NCBI GenBank assembly: GCA_963821925.1
Contig: CAWGFO010000010.1
Location: 74,065-138,064, forward strand
Direction: 5' to 3'
Length of the DNA: 64,000 nucleotides
DNA from: an uncultured Actinomycetes bacterium
Lineage (GTDB): Bacteria; Actinomycetota; UBA4738; HRBIN12
Within the stretch, counting starts at the first letter, position 1; the number at the start of each line of letters is the position of its first letter. The notes beneath the pieces were generated by a model. It was not told where the DNA came from, did not search any database, and saw nothing but the letters and a program-made list of their open reading frames with translations. The translations under genes and the position numbers were made by a program. Positions 8,952-19,013 of this stretch are shown here, one piece after another.

Positions 8952-9332
8952 ATGCCCGAGGGAACCCGCGTGCTGCTGGTCGACGACGACCCCGCGATGC
9001 TCCGCCTGCTCGAGGTGAACTTCCGCCTCGAGGGCTTCGTCGTGGACAGCGCCACGCGCGGCGAGGAGGCCCTCACGATCGCCGAGGCGACGCCGCCGGC
9101 GGCCGTGCTGCTCGACATGATGATGCCGGGGATGGACGGCATCGAGGTCTGCCGCCGCCTGCGCGCGCTGCCCGGTCTCGCGGAGGTCCCCGTCATCTTC
9201 CTGAGTGCGCGCGTCCGCGACGACGACGAGCCGGAGGACCCCACGCTCGGGCCCGTCACGCACCTGTCGAAGCCCTTCGACCCCCAGGTGCTCGTGGGCC
9301 TCGTCCGGCGCAGGATCGGCGAGGCGGCGTGA
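8952..9332 (+). CDS. Stand-alone response-regulator receiver domain (CheY-like)
   Basis: 126 aa with LLVDDD, the phospho-acceptor region LLDMMMPGMDG, and LSKPF. There is no output domain. Its stop overlaps the argS GTG start. Confidence 0.7.
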   Translation: MPEGTRVLLVDDDPAMLRLLEVNFRLEGFVVDSATRGEEALTIAEATPPAAVLLDMMMPGMDGIEVCRRLRALPGLAEVPVIFLSARVRDDDEPEDPTLGPVTHLSKPFDPQVLVGLVRRRIGEAA

Positions 9333-11007
9333 TCGAGGACCAGCTCGTCGCGTGGATCGGGGAGGGGCTCGTCGGGGCCGCCCCGGCGCTCGGCCTCGAG
9401 GGCGACCTTCCCGTGCCCGAGCTGCTCGCGCCCAAGCAGAAGGAGCACGGTGACTTCGCGACGAACGTCGCCCTGGGGCTCGCGAAGCGCGCCGGGAAGC
9501 CGCCGCGCGAGGTGGCGCAGGCGATCGTCGACGCGCTCCCTCGCGGCCCCGTTCGTGGAGCGCGTCGAGATCGCGGGGCCCGGCTTCCTGAACGTCTTCA
9601 CGACCGACGAGTGGCTGCACGCGGCGCTCCGCGACGTGGTCGCGGCGGGCGAGGCGTACGGACGTGCCGCGCCGAACGACCGGCGCGTGCAGGTCGAGTT
9701 CGTGAGCGCGAACCCGACCGGTCCGCTGCACATCGGGCACGCTCGGAACGCCGTGCTGGGGGACGCCCTCGCGCGCCTCTTCGAGGCCGCCGGCTGGACC
9801 GTGGAGCGCGAGTACTACTTCAACGACGCGGGCCGGCAGATGGACCGGTTCGCGGAATCGGTCGAGGCGCGGTACCTGCAGGCGCTCGGGCGCGAGGCCG
9901 AGGTCCCCGAGGAGGGCTACCACGGCGCGTACCTGGTCGAGATCGCCGAGGACATCCGAGCCGAGCACGGAGACGCGCTGGCCGACCTCCCGCCCGAGGA
10001 GCGCCGGGCCCGGCTGCTCGCCGAGGGATCGCGCCGCGTGCTCGCCCAGATCGAGGCGACCCTCGACCGGTTCGGCGTGCGCTTCGACGTGTACTTCAGC
10101 GAGGCCGAGCTCGCTCGCAAGGGTGAGATCGACGCCGCGATCGAGCGGCTCCGCACCGCGGGCTACGCGTACGACGCCGAGGGCGCCGTGTGGTTCCGCT
10201 CGACCGAGTTCGGCGACGACAAGGACCGGGTCGTGATCCGCTCCGACTGGGACGCACACGTACTTCGGGGCCGACTGCGCCTACCTGCTCGACAAGTTCT
10301 CCCGGGGCTTCGAGCACGTCGTGTACGTCTGGGGCGCCGACCACCACGGCGACGTGAAGCGCGTGAAAGGTGCGGCGCAGGCGCTCGGGATCGATCCGGA
10401 CGCGGTCGAGATCGTGCTGTACCAGTTCGTCTCGTTCCTGCGGAACGGCGAGGTCGTGAAGATGAGCAAGCGGTCGGGGTCGATCGTGACGCTCGACGAG
10501 CTGCTCGACGAGGTGGGGGTCGACGCGGCGCGCTTCACCCTGCTGACGTCGTCGAACGACTCGGCCATGAACTTCGACATCGAGCTGGTGAAACGCCAGT
10601 CGATGGACAACCCCGTCTACTACGTGCAGTACGGGCATGCCCGGATCGCCAGCATCCTCCGCAAGGCGGCGGCCCAGGGCGTCGAGCTCCGCCCGATCGA
10701 CGAGGCGGACCTGAGCCTGCTGAGGGAGGAAGGGGAGCTCGACCTGCTGCGGGCGCTCGCCGAGGTGCCGGCGCAGATCGCGACCGCGGCCGATCTCAGG
10801 GCGCCCTACCGCCTGACGCACGCCGCGCAGGATCTCGCCGGCCGCTTCCACCGGTTCTACGCGGAGCATCGCGTCGTCGACGAGCAAGTGCCCGACCTGA
10901 CGCAGGCGCGCCTGTGGTTGTGCGCGGGCACGAAGCAGGCGCTCGCGAATCTCCTCACGCTGCTCGGGGTCTCGGCGCCCGAGCGGATGGACCGGACGGA
11001 TGACTGA
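9329..11007 (+). CDS. argS: Arginine--tRNA ligase; the frame as given is broken by two apparent 1-nt indels near 9539 and 10247
   Basis: Three consecutive frames carry the N-terminal add-on domain (from 9329), the HIGH region (SANPTGPLHIGHARN, frame 0) and the catalytic-core segment VYVWGADHHG (recovered in the third frame, starting just 3' of the 10247 indel) through the anticodon-binding C-terminus (frame 1). Reading ...RSDGTHTYFGADCAYLLDKF... requires removing one t at about 10247. Confidence 0.8.
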
Positions 11008-12874
11008 CGGCTCGGCCGCGGGGAGCCCCCGCACCGGGTCGCGACTCGCGGAGGCGTCGTCGGGCCCGTCGCCCTGGCCCGCGTCGGCTTCCCTCGGTCC
11101 GCGCGGCCTCGAGATCGGTGGTGTCGCCTGCGCCGACCTGGCGGCGCGCTACGGCACGCCGCTCCTGATCGTCGACGAGGCCGACCTCCGCGCGCGGTGC
11201 CGTGCGATCGCGCCGCGCTTCGACCGGGTCCTCTACGCGGTCAAGGCGTTCACGGCGCACGCCGTGATCCGGATCGCGCTCGAGGAAGGCCTGGACCTGC
11301 TGGCGTCGACCGGCGGCGAGGTCGAGGCGTGTCTGCGTGCGGGAGCCCGCGGCGACCGCGTCGTGCTCCACGGGAACAACAAGTCCGACGCGGAGCTGCG
11401 CCTCGCGGTCGACGCTCGGCTCTCTCTCGTGATCGCGGATGGGCCCGACGAGCTCCGGCGCCTCGACGCGATCGCGCGCGAGGCGGGCCGGACGCAGCCC
11501 GTCCTGCTGCGGGTCGTCCCCGAGGTCCGGGTCGCGACGCACGAGGCGATCGCCACCGGCCACGTGGCCTCGAAGTTCGGGACGCCGCTGGCGGGGGCCG
11601 AGGACGTGGTGGGACTCGCCGGGTCGCTCCCCGGGCTGCGGTTCGACGGCCTGCACGCCCACGTCGGATCGCAGGTGCCCGACGTCGCCTCGTACGAGGC
11701 GGCGCTCGATGCCCTGCTCGGCCTGGCGGTGCGCGTGCGCGACGCCGCGGTCGGCACGGTGCGCGTGCTCGACCTGGGCGGTGGGTTCGCGGTCCCGTAC
11801 GTCGACGAGCCCGGATTGGACCCGGCCGACGTCGCGGACTCCCTGCGCGCACGGCTGGACGCGCGCTGCGCCGACGAGGGCCTCGAGCGGCCGGCCCTCG
11901 TCGCCGAGCCCGGGCGCACACTCGTGGCGAACCCGGTCGTCACCCTCTACGCGGTGGGGGCACGCAAGGACGCCGGCGGCCGCACCCTCGTCGCCGTCGA
12001 CGGCGGGATGTCCGACAACCTTCGGCCGATGCTGTACGACGCCCGCTTCGAGGCGCTCCCGGCGAACCGTCCCCGCGACGCGATCGCGCGGATCGCGCCC
12101 GTCACCGTGGTCGGCAAGCACTGCGAGTCGGGCGACGTGCTCGCCGACGGCGTGCCGATGCCCGAGGACCTCGGTCCCGGCGACCTGATCGCGTTCGCCG
12201 CCACCGGCGCGTACACCTACTCGCTCGCGACCGCCTACAACCGGGTAGGCCGGCCCGCGGTGGTGGCCGTGCGAGAGGGCGCGAGCCGCCTCTGGCTGCG
12301 TCGCGAGGACGCCGCCGACATGGATCGCTTCGAGACCGCGGCCGCGCGCCCGTCGCCCGACGTCACCGTGCCGACGGGCGTCACGATCCGGCCCGCGCGA
12401 CCGCGCGACGCCGCGTCGTTCGTCGAGATGTGGCAGGCGGTCGTCGAGGAGGGCCGATACGTGCGGAGCGAGACCGTGGCGCACCCGAGGCGGGTCTACC
12501 GGTCCCGGTTCCGACGGCCGTGGACCGATCAGGAGGCGCAGCTCGTCGCCGTGGAGGGGGAGCGCGTGGTGGGCCACCTCTACATCCAGCGTGAGCGACA
12601 CCCGGTCACGCGACACGTCGCGACGCTCGGCATCTCCGTGGCGCCGGACCGGCGGGGCCAGGGGATCGGCGCGGCGCTCCTCGACGAGTCGATCCGCTGG
12701 GCCAGGAGCGTGGGGGTCGAGAAGATCGTGCTCTCCGTCTACCCGACGAACACCGCCGCGATCTCCCTGTACCGGCGCTTCGGGTTCGTCGACGAAGGCC
12801 GGCTCGCGCGCCAATCGCGCCGCTCGACCGGCTACGTGGACGAGATCTTGATGGGCCTGTGGCTGGGCGGCTGA
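11000..12874 (+). CDS. lysA: Diaminopimelate decarboxylase fused to a C-terminal GNAT N-acetyltransferase domain
   Basis: Residues 1 to about 440 are LysA (YAVKAF PLP-lysine region, GGGF, CESGD, GAYTYSLATAYN). After a linker, about 150 aa carry a GNAT motif A (RRGQGIGAALL...LSVYPTNTAAISLYRRFGF). Confidence 0.8.
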   Translation: MTDGSAAGSPRTGSRLAEASSGPSPWPASASLGPRGLEIGGVACADLAARYGTPLLIVDEADLRARCRAIAPRFDRVLYAVKAFTAHAVIRIALEEGLDLLASTGGEVEACLRAGARGDRVVLHGNNKSDAELRLAVDARLSLVIADGPDELRRLDAIAREAGRTQPVLLRVVPEVRVATHEAIATGHVASKFGTPLAGAEDVVGLAGSLPGLRFDGLHAHVGSQVPDVASYEAALDALLGLAVRVRDAAVGTVRVLDLGGGFAVPYVDEPGLDPADVADSLRARLDARCADEGLERPALVAEPGRTLVANPVVTLYAVGARKDAGGRTLVAVDGGMSDNLRPMLYDARFEALPANRPRDAIARIAPVTVVGKHCESGDVLADGVPMPEDLGPGDLIAFAATGAYTYSLATAYNRVGRPAVVAVREGASRLWLRREDAADMDRFETAAARPSPDVTVPTGVTIRPARPRDAASFVEMWQAVVEEGRYVRSETVAHPRRVYRSRFRRPWTDQEAQLVAVEGERVVGHLYIQRERHPVTRHVATLGISVAPDRRGQGIGAALLDESIRWARSVGVEKIVLSVYPTNTAAISLYRRFGFVDEGRLARQSRRSTGYVDEILMGLWLGG

Positions 12875-12934
12875 TCCCGCCCACACGGCCGATCCTGCGG
12901 GCGCCGGTCGGGCCGCGGACGAGTGGCCGCGCCG

Positions 12935-14410
12935 TCAGGGTTGCTCGAGGGGCCAGGGATCGAGGATCAGTGGCGGGATCGGCTCCTGCGAGAAGTCGAA
13001 CTCGCGGGCGAGATCGCCCAGGAACGGGAGCTCCTCGCGCACGGTCGGCCGCGGGTCGGGCCGTCCCTGGTTCTCGCCGTCCAACCGCTGGCCACCGAGG
13101 AACCGGTCCTCGATCAGCTTCAGGTAGGCGTCGAACGAGAGCGTCTGGCTGTCGACGCCGAGGGTACGGTCGGCCCAGGGGCTGATCAGGAGGCCCGGCA
13201 CGCGGAGCCCGTAGCCGGCGGCGTCGACGCGCGGGGGCTCCACGTGGTCGTAGAAGCCCCCCCAGTCGTCCCAGGTCAAGAAGATCGCGGTGTGGTCCCA
13301 CAGGTCGCTCTGCATCACGGCGTTCACGATCGTCGTGACGTGCGCCTGCCCCTCGGTGATCGGTGCGCCGGTGCCCGGATGCTCGCTCACCCCGCCGCGG
13401 CCGGGCACGATCCACGTGACCGAGGGGAGGCTCCCGTCGGCCACCGACGCGAAGAACGAGGCGTGCGTCTGGATCCGGTCGAGCTGCCCCGTCTCGCGCA
13501 CGTCGGTGAACCCCGTGAGCACGTTCTGGGGCCGGGCCGGACCCCTCGCGTCGCATGCCGCCTGCGTGTCCTCGTGGCGGCGGCAGAGGACGTCGCCCGC
13601 GTAGTACGCCCAGCTCACCCCCGCCTGGTGGAGGAGCCATGTGATGTCGGTCCACGCCCACAGCTCCGGGTGCTGGTACCACTTGAGGTCGTCGAACAGG
13701 TCGCCCATCCGCAGGTCGGTGCTGCACGAGTACGCGTCGTGGGGGTCCGTGCACCGCGCCGACCACCCCGAGACCAGGAACAGATGCGCGGGAAGCGTCC
13801 ACGAGTCGGTCGGCGCGAACATCCGGTCCTGCAGGACGAACTGCTCCGCGTACGCCCAGTAGTTGGGGATCGTCCGGTCGTCGTGGAACGACATCAGGTC
13901 GGGCTGACCCTGCGGGCCCACGAAGCCGGCACAGCTCGGATCGCTGGGCTTGCGCACGCACAGGCGTGCCGCCGCGGCCTCGATGAACCCGTCCATCTTC
14001 CCGCCGTCCACGGTCGTGACGGCCGCCGGATGGTCGTGCGGGCCGCCCTCGTTCACGAGACGGGTCGTGGGGTAGGGGGGTACGCAGCGGCCGAGCGTCG
14101 GATGGGGCACGCACACGGACGGGGTCCCGTCCGGCTTCATCGGGATCCCGTTGGCGCCGGGGAACGTCCCGAAGTAGTGATCGAACGAGCGGTTCTCCTG
14201 CACGATGAAGATCAGGTGGTCCAGGTTCTGGATGCCGGCGGCCGGATCGATCGGACGATCGCCTGGTGATGCGGAGGCGACCGCGGCGGGCTCGATCGGG
14301 GATGCCGGCACGTCGGCGCTCGACCGGGTGCAGGCGGCCGCGAGGAGCGCGGCGGCGAGCACGGCGGCGACGGCGGCGGAACCGGGGAGTCGTGTTCGGG
14401 GGCGGGTCAC
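12935..14410 (-). CDS. Phosphoesterase-family protein (non-haemolytic phospholipase C / acid phosphatase family), lipoprotein
   Basis: 491 aa. Lipobox signal (LLAAAC) followed by IFIVQENRSFDHYFG... diagnostic of the PF04185 phosphoesterase family. Confidence 0.75.
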   Translation of the reverse strand: MTRPRTRLPGSAAVAAVLAAALLAAACTRSSADVPASPIEPAAVASASPGDRPIDPAAGIQNLDHLIFIVQENRSFDHYFGTFPGANGIPMKPDGTPSVCVPHPTLGRCVPPYPTTRLVNEGGPHDHPAAVTTVDGGKMDGFIEAAAARLCVRKPSDPSCAGFVGPQGQPDLMSFHDDRTIPNYWAYAEQFVLQDRMFAPTDSWTLPAHLFLVSGWSARCTDPHDAYSCSTDLRMGDLFDDLKWYQHPELWAWTDITWLLHQAGVSWAYYAGDVLCRRHEDTQAACDARGPARPQNVLTGFTDVRETGQLDRIQTHASFFASVADGSLPSVTWIVPGRGGVSEHPGTGAPITEGQAHVTTIVNAVMQSDLWDHTAIFLTWDDWGGFYDHVEPPRVDAAGYGLRVPGLLISPWADRTLGVDSQTLSFDAYLKLIEDRFLGGQRLDGENQGRPDPRPTVREELPFLGDLAREFDFSQEPIPPLILDPWPLEQP

Positions 14411-14525
14411 GGCCCGTCACTGTAGCCGACCCTGCGCCACCCGCCGGGAGGCGGCCCGGTTCCGGGCACGCGTCCTCCGCCCGGCTACGATTGGTCGGAC
14501 CGGGATCGAACGGGGGCATCGGCAG

Positions 14526-15818
14526 GTGGGCGAGGAACGCACGATCCGCGTGGGCTTGCTGGGCTGCGGGAACGTGGGCGCGGCCGTGATCCGCCTGCTC
14601 CACGAGCACGCCGACGACATCGCGATGCGCGCCGGATGCCGCCTCGAGGTGGCCCGGGTGGCCGTCCGCGATCTCGGTCGTGACCGCGACGTGCCCCTGT
14701 CTCCGGACGCCTTCACGCTCGACGGCGTCTCGATCGTCGACGACCCCACGATCGACGTCGTCTGCGAGCTCCTCGGCGGCGTGCAACCCGCGCGGGCCCT
14801 GATCCTGCGGGCGTTCGCGAACGGGAAGTCCGTCGTCACCGCGAACAAGGAGCTGCTCGCCACCGACGGCGAGTCGTTGTTCGAGGCGGCCGACGCGGCC
14901 GAGCGTGACCTCTACTTCGAGGCCGCGGTGGCCGGCGGGATCCCGCTGATCCGGCCGATGAAGGAGTCGCTCACCGGCGAACGGATCACCCGGCTGCTCG
15001 GGATCGTGAACGGCACGACGAACTTCATCCTCACGCAGATGACCGAGCACGGCTGGTCGTTCGACGACGCGCTCGCCGAGGCGCAGCGGCTCGGCTACGC
15101 GGAGGCTGACCCCACCGCCGACGTGGAGGGGTTCGACGCCGCCGCGAAGTGCGCGATCCTCGCGTCGATCGCGTTCAACACGCGGGTGGTCGCGGGCGAC
15201 GTCTACCGCGAGGGCATCACGAAGGTCACCGCGCAGGACATCGCCGACGCCGCCCGCATGGGCTACGTCGTGAAGCTCCTCGCGATCGCCGAGCTCGACG
15301 AGGATGAGGTGAGCGCGCGCGTCCACCCGGCGATGATCCCGGAGGCCCATCCGCTCGCCAGCGTGCGGGACGCCTTCAACGCCGTGTTCATCGAGGGGCC
15401 GAAGATCGGCCAGCTGATGTTCTACGGGCGCGGTGCGGGGGGCGACCCGACCGCGGCCGCCGTGGTGGGCGACCTCGTGACGGTGGCCCGGCACACGGCG
15501 TCGGGTGCGCGAGGGGTCGGCTGCACGTGCGCGCTCGATCGCCGGATGCGCCCGATGGACGGCACGCGCGGCCAGTACTACCTGAACCTGCACGTCGAAG
15601 ACCGGCCCGGTGTGCTGGCCGAGGTCGCCGAGCACTTCGGGCGCAACGGCGTGTCGATCGAACGCGTGTGGCAGGAGGGGGCCGGCGACGAGGCGACCCT
15701 CGTCTTCATCACGCACCGGGCCCAGGAGGGCGCGTTCCAGAAGACGATCCAGGAGCTCCGCGAGCTGACCGCGGTGCGGGCCGTGTCGAGCGTCCTGCGC
15801 GTGGAGGGGGAGGAGTGA
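14526..15818 (+). CDS. hom: Homoserine dehydrogenase with C-terminal ACT domain
   Basis: I take the GTG at 14526 ([14 protein letters not shown]-binding fold). The long upstream in-frame extension has junk composition. C-terminal ACT region [21 protein letters not shown]. Confidence 0.85.
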   Translation: MGEERTIRVGLLGCGNVGAAVIRLLHEHADDIAMRAGCRLEVARVAVRDLGRDRDVPLSPDAFTLDGVSIVDDPTIDVVCELLGGVQPARALILRAFANGKSVVTANKELLATDGESLFEAADAAERDLYFEAAVAGGIPLIRPMKESLTGERITRLLGIVNGTTNFILTQMTEHGWSFDDALAEAQRLGYAEADPTADVEGFDAAAKCAILASIAFNTRVVAGDVYREGITKVTAQDIADAARMGYVVKLLAIAELDEDEVSARVHPAMIPEAHPLASVRDAFNAVFIEGPKIGQLMFYGRGAGGDPTAAAVVGDLVTVARHTASGARGVGCTCALDRRMRPMDGTRGQYYLNLHVEDRPGVLAEVAEHFGRNGVSIERVWQEGAGDEATLVFITHRAQEGAFQKTIQELRELTAVRAVSSVLRVEGEE

Positions 15819-16927
15819 CCGGCGACGTGGCGATGCCCGCGGCGTCGTCATCCGGCGCCGGCGATCCCGTGCCGGGCGCGCACCAGTGGCGCGGGCTGAT
15901 CGAGGAGTACCGCGGCCGGCTCCCCGTCACCGATGCGACCCCCGTGATCACGCTCCGCGAGGGTGGCACCCCGCTCGTGCGCTCCGACGTCCTCTCAGCC
16001 GAGACCGGCTGCGACGTCTGGCTGAAGTTCGAGGGGGCGAACCCCACCGGCTCCTTCAAGGACCGCGGGATGACCCTCGCGATCAGCAAGGCGGTCGAGG
16101 CCGGCGCCAAGGCCGTGGTCTGCGCCTCGACCGGGAACACCTCGGCGAGCGCGGCGGCCTACGCCGCGAAGGCGGGGCTCACCTGCGCGGTGCTCGTCCC
16201 CAAGGGCAAGATCGCGCTCGGCAAGATGGCGCAGACGTTGATCCACGGCGCGCGCGTGCTGGAGGTCGACGGGAACTTCGACGCCTCGCTCGAGCTCGCG
16301 AAGGATCTGGCCGAGCGCTACCCGGTCACGCTCGTGAACTCGGTGAACCCGTTCCGTCTCCAGGGCCAGAAGACCGCGGCGTTCGAGATCTGCGACGCGC
16401 TCGATCGCGCGCCCGACCTGCACTGCGTGCCGGTGGGCAACGCCGGCAACATCTCGAGCCACTGGATCGGCTATTCGGAGTACCTCGCCGACGGGATGAT
16501 CGCCGAGCCCCCGCAGCTCTTCGGGTTCCAGGCCCAGGGAGCGGCCCCGATCGTGCTCGGCGAGCCCGTGAAGGACCCCCAGACGATCGCCACGGCGATC
16601 CGCATCGGGAACCCAGCCTCCTGGGACAAGGCCGTGAACGCCGCGAGGGAGTCCGAAGGCGCGATCGAGGCGGTGACCGACCGCGAGATCCTCGCTGCCT
16701 ATCGCCGGATCGCGCGCGAAGGGATGTTCGCGGAGCCGGCGAGCGCGGCCAGCGTCGCCGGCCTGCTGCACCTGCACGCCGAGGGGAAGCTGCCCGCGGG
16801 GGCGACCGTCGTGTGCATCCTCACCGGGCACGGCCTCAAGGACCCCGAGTGGGCGATCGCGGGGGCGGCCACCCCGGTGACGGTCTCGGTCGACGCGGCG
16901 GCCGTCGCGGCCGAGCTGGGGCTCTAG
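15815..16927 (+). CDS. thrC: Threonine synthase
   Basis: PLP-lysine motif [17 protein letters not shown] at 15815 overlaps the hom stop (an ATG at 15833 is an alternative start). Confidence 0.9.
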   Translation: MTGDVAMPAASSSGAGDPVPGAHQWRGLIEEYRGRLPVTDATPVITLREGGTPLVRSDVLSAETGCDVWLKFEGANPTGSFKDRGMTLAISKAVEAGAKAVVCASTGNTSASAAAYAAKAGLTCAVLVPKGKIALGKMAQTLIHGARVLEVDGNFDASLELAKDLAERYPVTLVNSVNPFRLQGQKTAAFEICDALDRAPDLHCVPVGNAGNISSHWIGYSEYLADGMIAEPPQLFGFQAQGAAPIVLGEPVKDPQTIATAIRIGNPASWDKAVNAARESEGAIEAVTDREILAAYRRIAREGMFAEPASAASVAGLLHLHAEGKLPAGATVVCILTGHGLKDPEWAIAGAATPVTVSVDAAAVAAELGL

Positions 16928-16932
16928 CGGGC

Positions 16933-17781
16933 GTGCGCCTCACCGTCCGCGTCCCCGCGACCTCGGCGAACCTCGGCCCGGGCTTCGACTGCTTCGGGCT
17001 CGCGCTCGATCTGTGCAACGAGGTGACGGTCGACACCGACGCGGCGCCCGGCGTGGCGTGGGAAGGCGAGGGCGCGTCGGAGCTGCCGACCGACGGTTCC
17101 GACCTCGTGAGTCACGTGATGGCGTCCGTCGCCCAGGTGACGGGCGGGACCCTGCCGCCGATGCGGCTCGACGGGCTGAACCGGATCCCGCTCGAGCGAG
17201 GCCTCGGGTCCTCCTCGGCCGCCGCCGTGGCCGGCGCGGCGATCGCTCTGCGGATCCTCGGCGAGGCGGCGACGCCCGACGCCGTGTTCGGTCACGCGGC
17301 GAGGATCGAGGGGCATCCCGACAACGCCGGCCCCGCGGTGTTCGGCGGCTTCACGATCGCGCTGCCGGACGGGACGGTCCACCGGTTCGACCCGCACCCC
17401 GACCTCCATCCTGTCGCGCTCGTGCCGGGCGACCGGTTGCCCACCGCCGAGGCGCGCCGGGCGCTCCCCGAGGACGTACCGCGCGAGGACGCGGTGTTCA
17501 ACGTGGCGCACGCGGCACTCACCGTCGAGGCACTGACCCGCGACCCGTCGCTCCTCGGCGAGGCGCTCCAGGACCGGCTCCATCAGGACGCCCGGCTCGC
17601 GCTCGTTCCGGCGGTGCTCGAGGTCTTCCGCTCCCTCCGGGGAGCCGGGGTCCCCGTGTGCGTGTCCGGGGCGGGTCCGACGCTCCTCGCGTTCCCGCGC
17701 GAGCCGCTCGCGGTCCCCGAGGGCTGGCGCGTGATCGAGCCGGGGATCAGGTCCCGGGGGTTCGAGCTGGCCGAGGAATGA
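16933..17781 (+). CDS. thrB: Homoserine kinase
   Basis: GHMP-kinase motif PLERGLGSSSAA and an N-terminal ANLGPGFD motif. Follows thrC directly. Confidence 0.85.
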   Translation: MRLTVRVPATSANLGPGFDCFGLALDLCNEVTVDTDAAPGVAWEGEGASELPTDGSDLVSHVMASVAQVTGGTLPPMRLDGLNRIPLERGLGSSSAAAVAGAAIALRILGEAATPDAVFGHAARIEGHPDNAGPAVFGGFTIALPDGTVHRFDPHPDLHPVALVPGDRLPTAEARRALPEDVPREDAVFNVAHAALTVEALTRDPSLLGEALQDRLHQDARLALVPAVLEVFRSLRGAGVPVCVSGAGPTLLAFPREPLAVPEGWRVIEPGIRSRGFELAEE

Positions 17782-17787
17782 ATCCCG

Positions 17788-18966
17788 TCAAGCGGGGGTG
17801 CACACGCCCGGGCTCACGGCCTCGTCTCGGGCGATCGACCGCGTGACGAGCTGGGAGAACTCGCTCGACACGATCGCGTAGCCCACGTGATCCTCGACCA
17901 CCGAGTTCGCGAACACGACCCCGGCGACCTTCCCGTTCGGCAGCACGAACGGCCCCCCGCTATTGCCCGGCGCCACGTCGGCCTGCAGCTCGTACAGACG
18001 CCGCGTGACCTCGCCGCTCCCGTAGATGTCGTGGCCGACGGGCACGATCACCTGGCGCACGGCTGCGGCCCCGGTCGTGAGCGAGCCCCCGCCGGGGTAC
18101 CCGAGCACCGCTCCGCCGTCCCCGCGGGCGAGATCGCCACCCAGGAGGGCGAGCGGCGGCGCCGTCAGGGTGGGGACGTGCAACACGGCGATGTCCAGAT
18201 CCGGATCGAACCCCACGACGGTCGCCGGGTGGTCGTGGCCGTCGAGGCGGACCCACAGCTCGGTCGTGCCGGCCACGACGTGCGCGTTCGTCACGACGAA
18301 CCCGGGCTCGACCACGAACCCGCTGCCTTGGTTCAAGAACCCGTGGAAGCAGCCGTCCCCGAGGACCTCTGCCGTGCTCGGCGCTGCGTGCCGGAAGGCG
18401 GCCGTGGCATCGGCCCCCGACGGCGGCTCGACCGGGTCGGCCGGGACCGGCGGGAGCCCGATGAACACGTCGGGGAACCCGAGGAGCGCGAGGACCCTTT
18501 GCAGCTCCCCGATCATCGAGGGCGGCTGCGGCATCACGGCGTCGAGGCCCCGCACCACTCTCGAGTCGCGGATCCCGCGGGCGATCTGCGGGAACGGCCC
18601 GTTGGCCAGGTTCAACGCGAGGAACCAGGTCGTGAGCAGGAGCGCGACCACGGAGACGACCGCACCCCCGTAGGCGTCGGCGCTCTGCATCTTCGAGCCG
18701 TGCGTCCTCGTGCGGACACGGCTGCCGACCACCCATCCTGCGAGGTTGCCGACCGCGCCGCCGATCAGCACGACGCCGAGCGCGATCGCGATCTGGGTCA
18801 GCGGATCACCCCCGAATCGGGCAAGCCGGGGGGCGAGCATGATGCCGATCACGATGCCGAGGGCCAGCCCCGACAGCCCGATCACCTGCAGCACGGCGCC
18901 GCGCCGGTAGCCGCCGATCACGGACAGCACCAGCAGCACGAGGAAGATCAGGTCGAGCCAGGTCAT
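17788..18966 (-). CDS. MarP-family membrane serine protease (CvpA-like membrane domain plus trypsin-like protease; Rv3671c-like)
   Basis: Four N-terminal TM helices, then a chymotrypsin-fold domain with VTNAHVV (His), D and GNSGGP (Ser) catalytic motifs. Confidence 0.75.
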   Translation of the reverse strand: MTWLDLIFLVLLVLSVIGGYRRGAVLQVIGLSGLALGIVIGIMLAPRLARFGGDPLTQIAIALGVVLIGGAVGNLAGWVVGSRVRTRTHGSKMQSADAYGGAVVSVVALLLTTWFLALNLANGPFPQIARGIRDSRVVRGLDAVMPQPPSMIGELQRVLALLGFPDVFIGLPPVPADPVEPPSGADATAAFRHAAPSTAEVLGDGCFHGFLNQGSGFVVEPGFVVTNAHVVAGTTELWVRLDGHDHPATVVGFDPDLDIAVLHVPTLTAPPLALLGGDLARGDGGAVLGYPGGGSLTTGAAAVRQVIVPVGHDIYGSGEVTRRLYELQADVAPGNSGGPFVLPNGKVAGVVFANSVVEDHVGYAIVSSEFSQLVTRSIARDEAVSPGVCTPA

Positions 18967-19013
18967 GGCGCAGGTATCGTCCCACGGAGAGCCACGGCTG
19001 AGGGGGCACTCGG

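Noticed and set aside
10955-15851. Long minus-strand ORFs (643 aa and 1081 aa) opposite lysA, the PLC-like gene and hom
   Set aside because: They are antisense to genes with clear homology. No motifs, and the composition is strongly Arg/Gly/Pro-biased.
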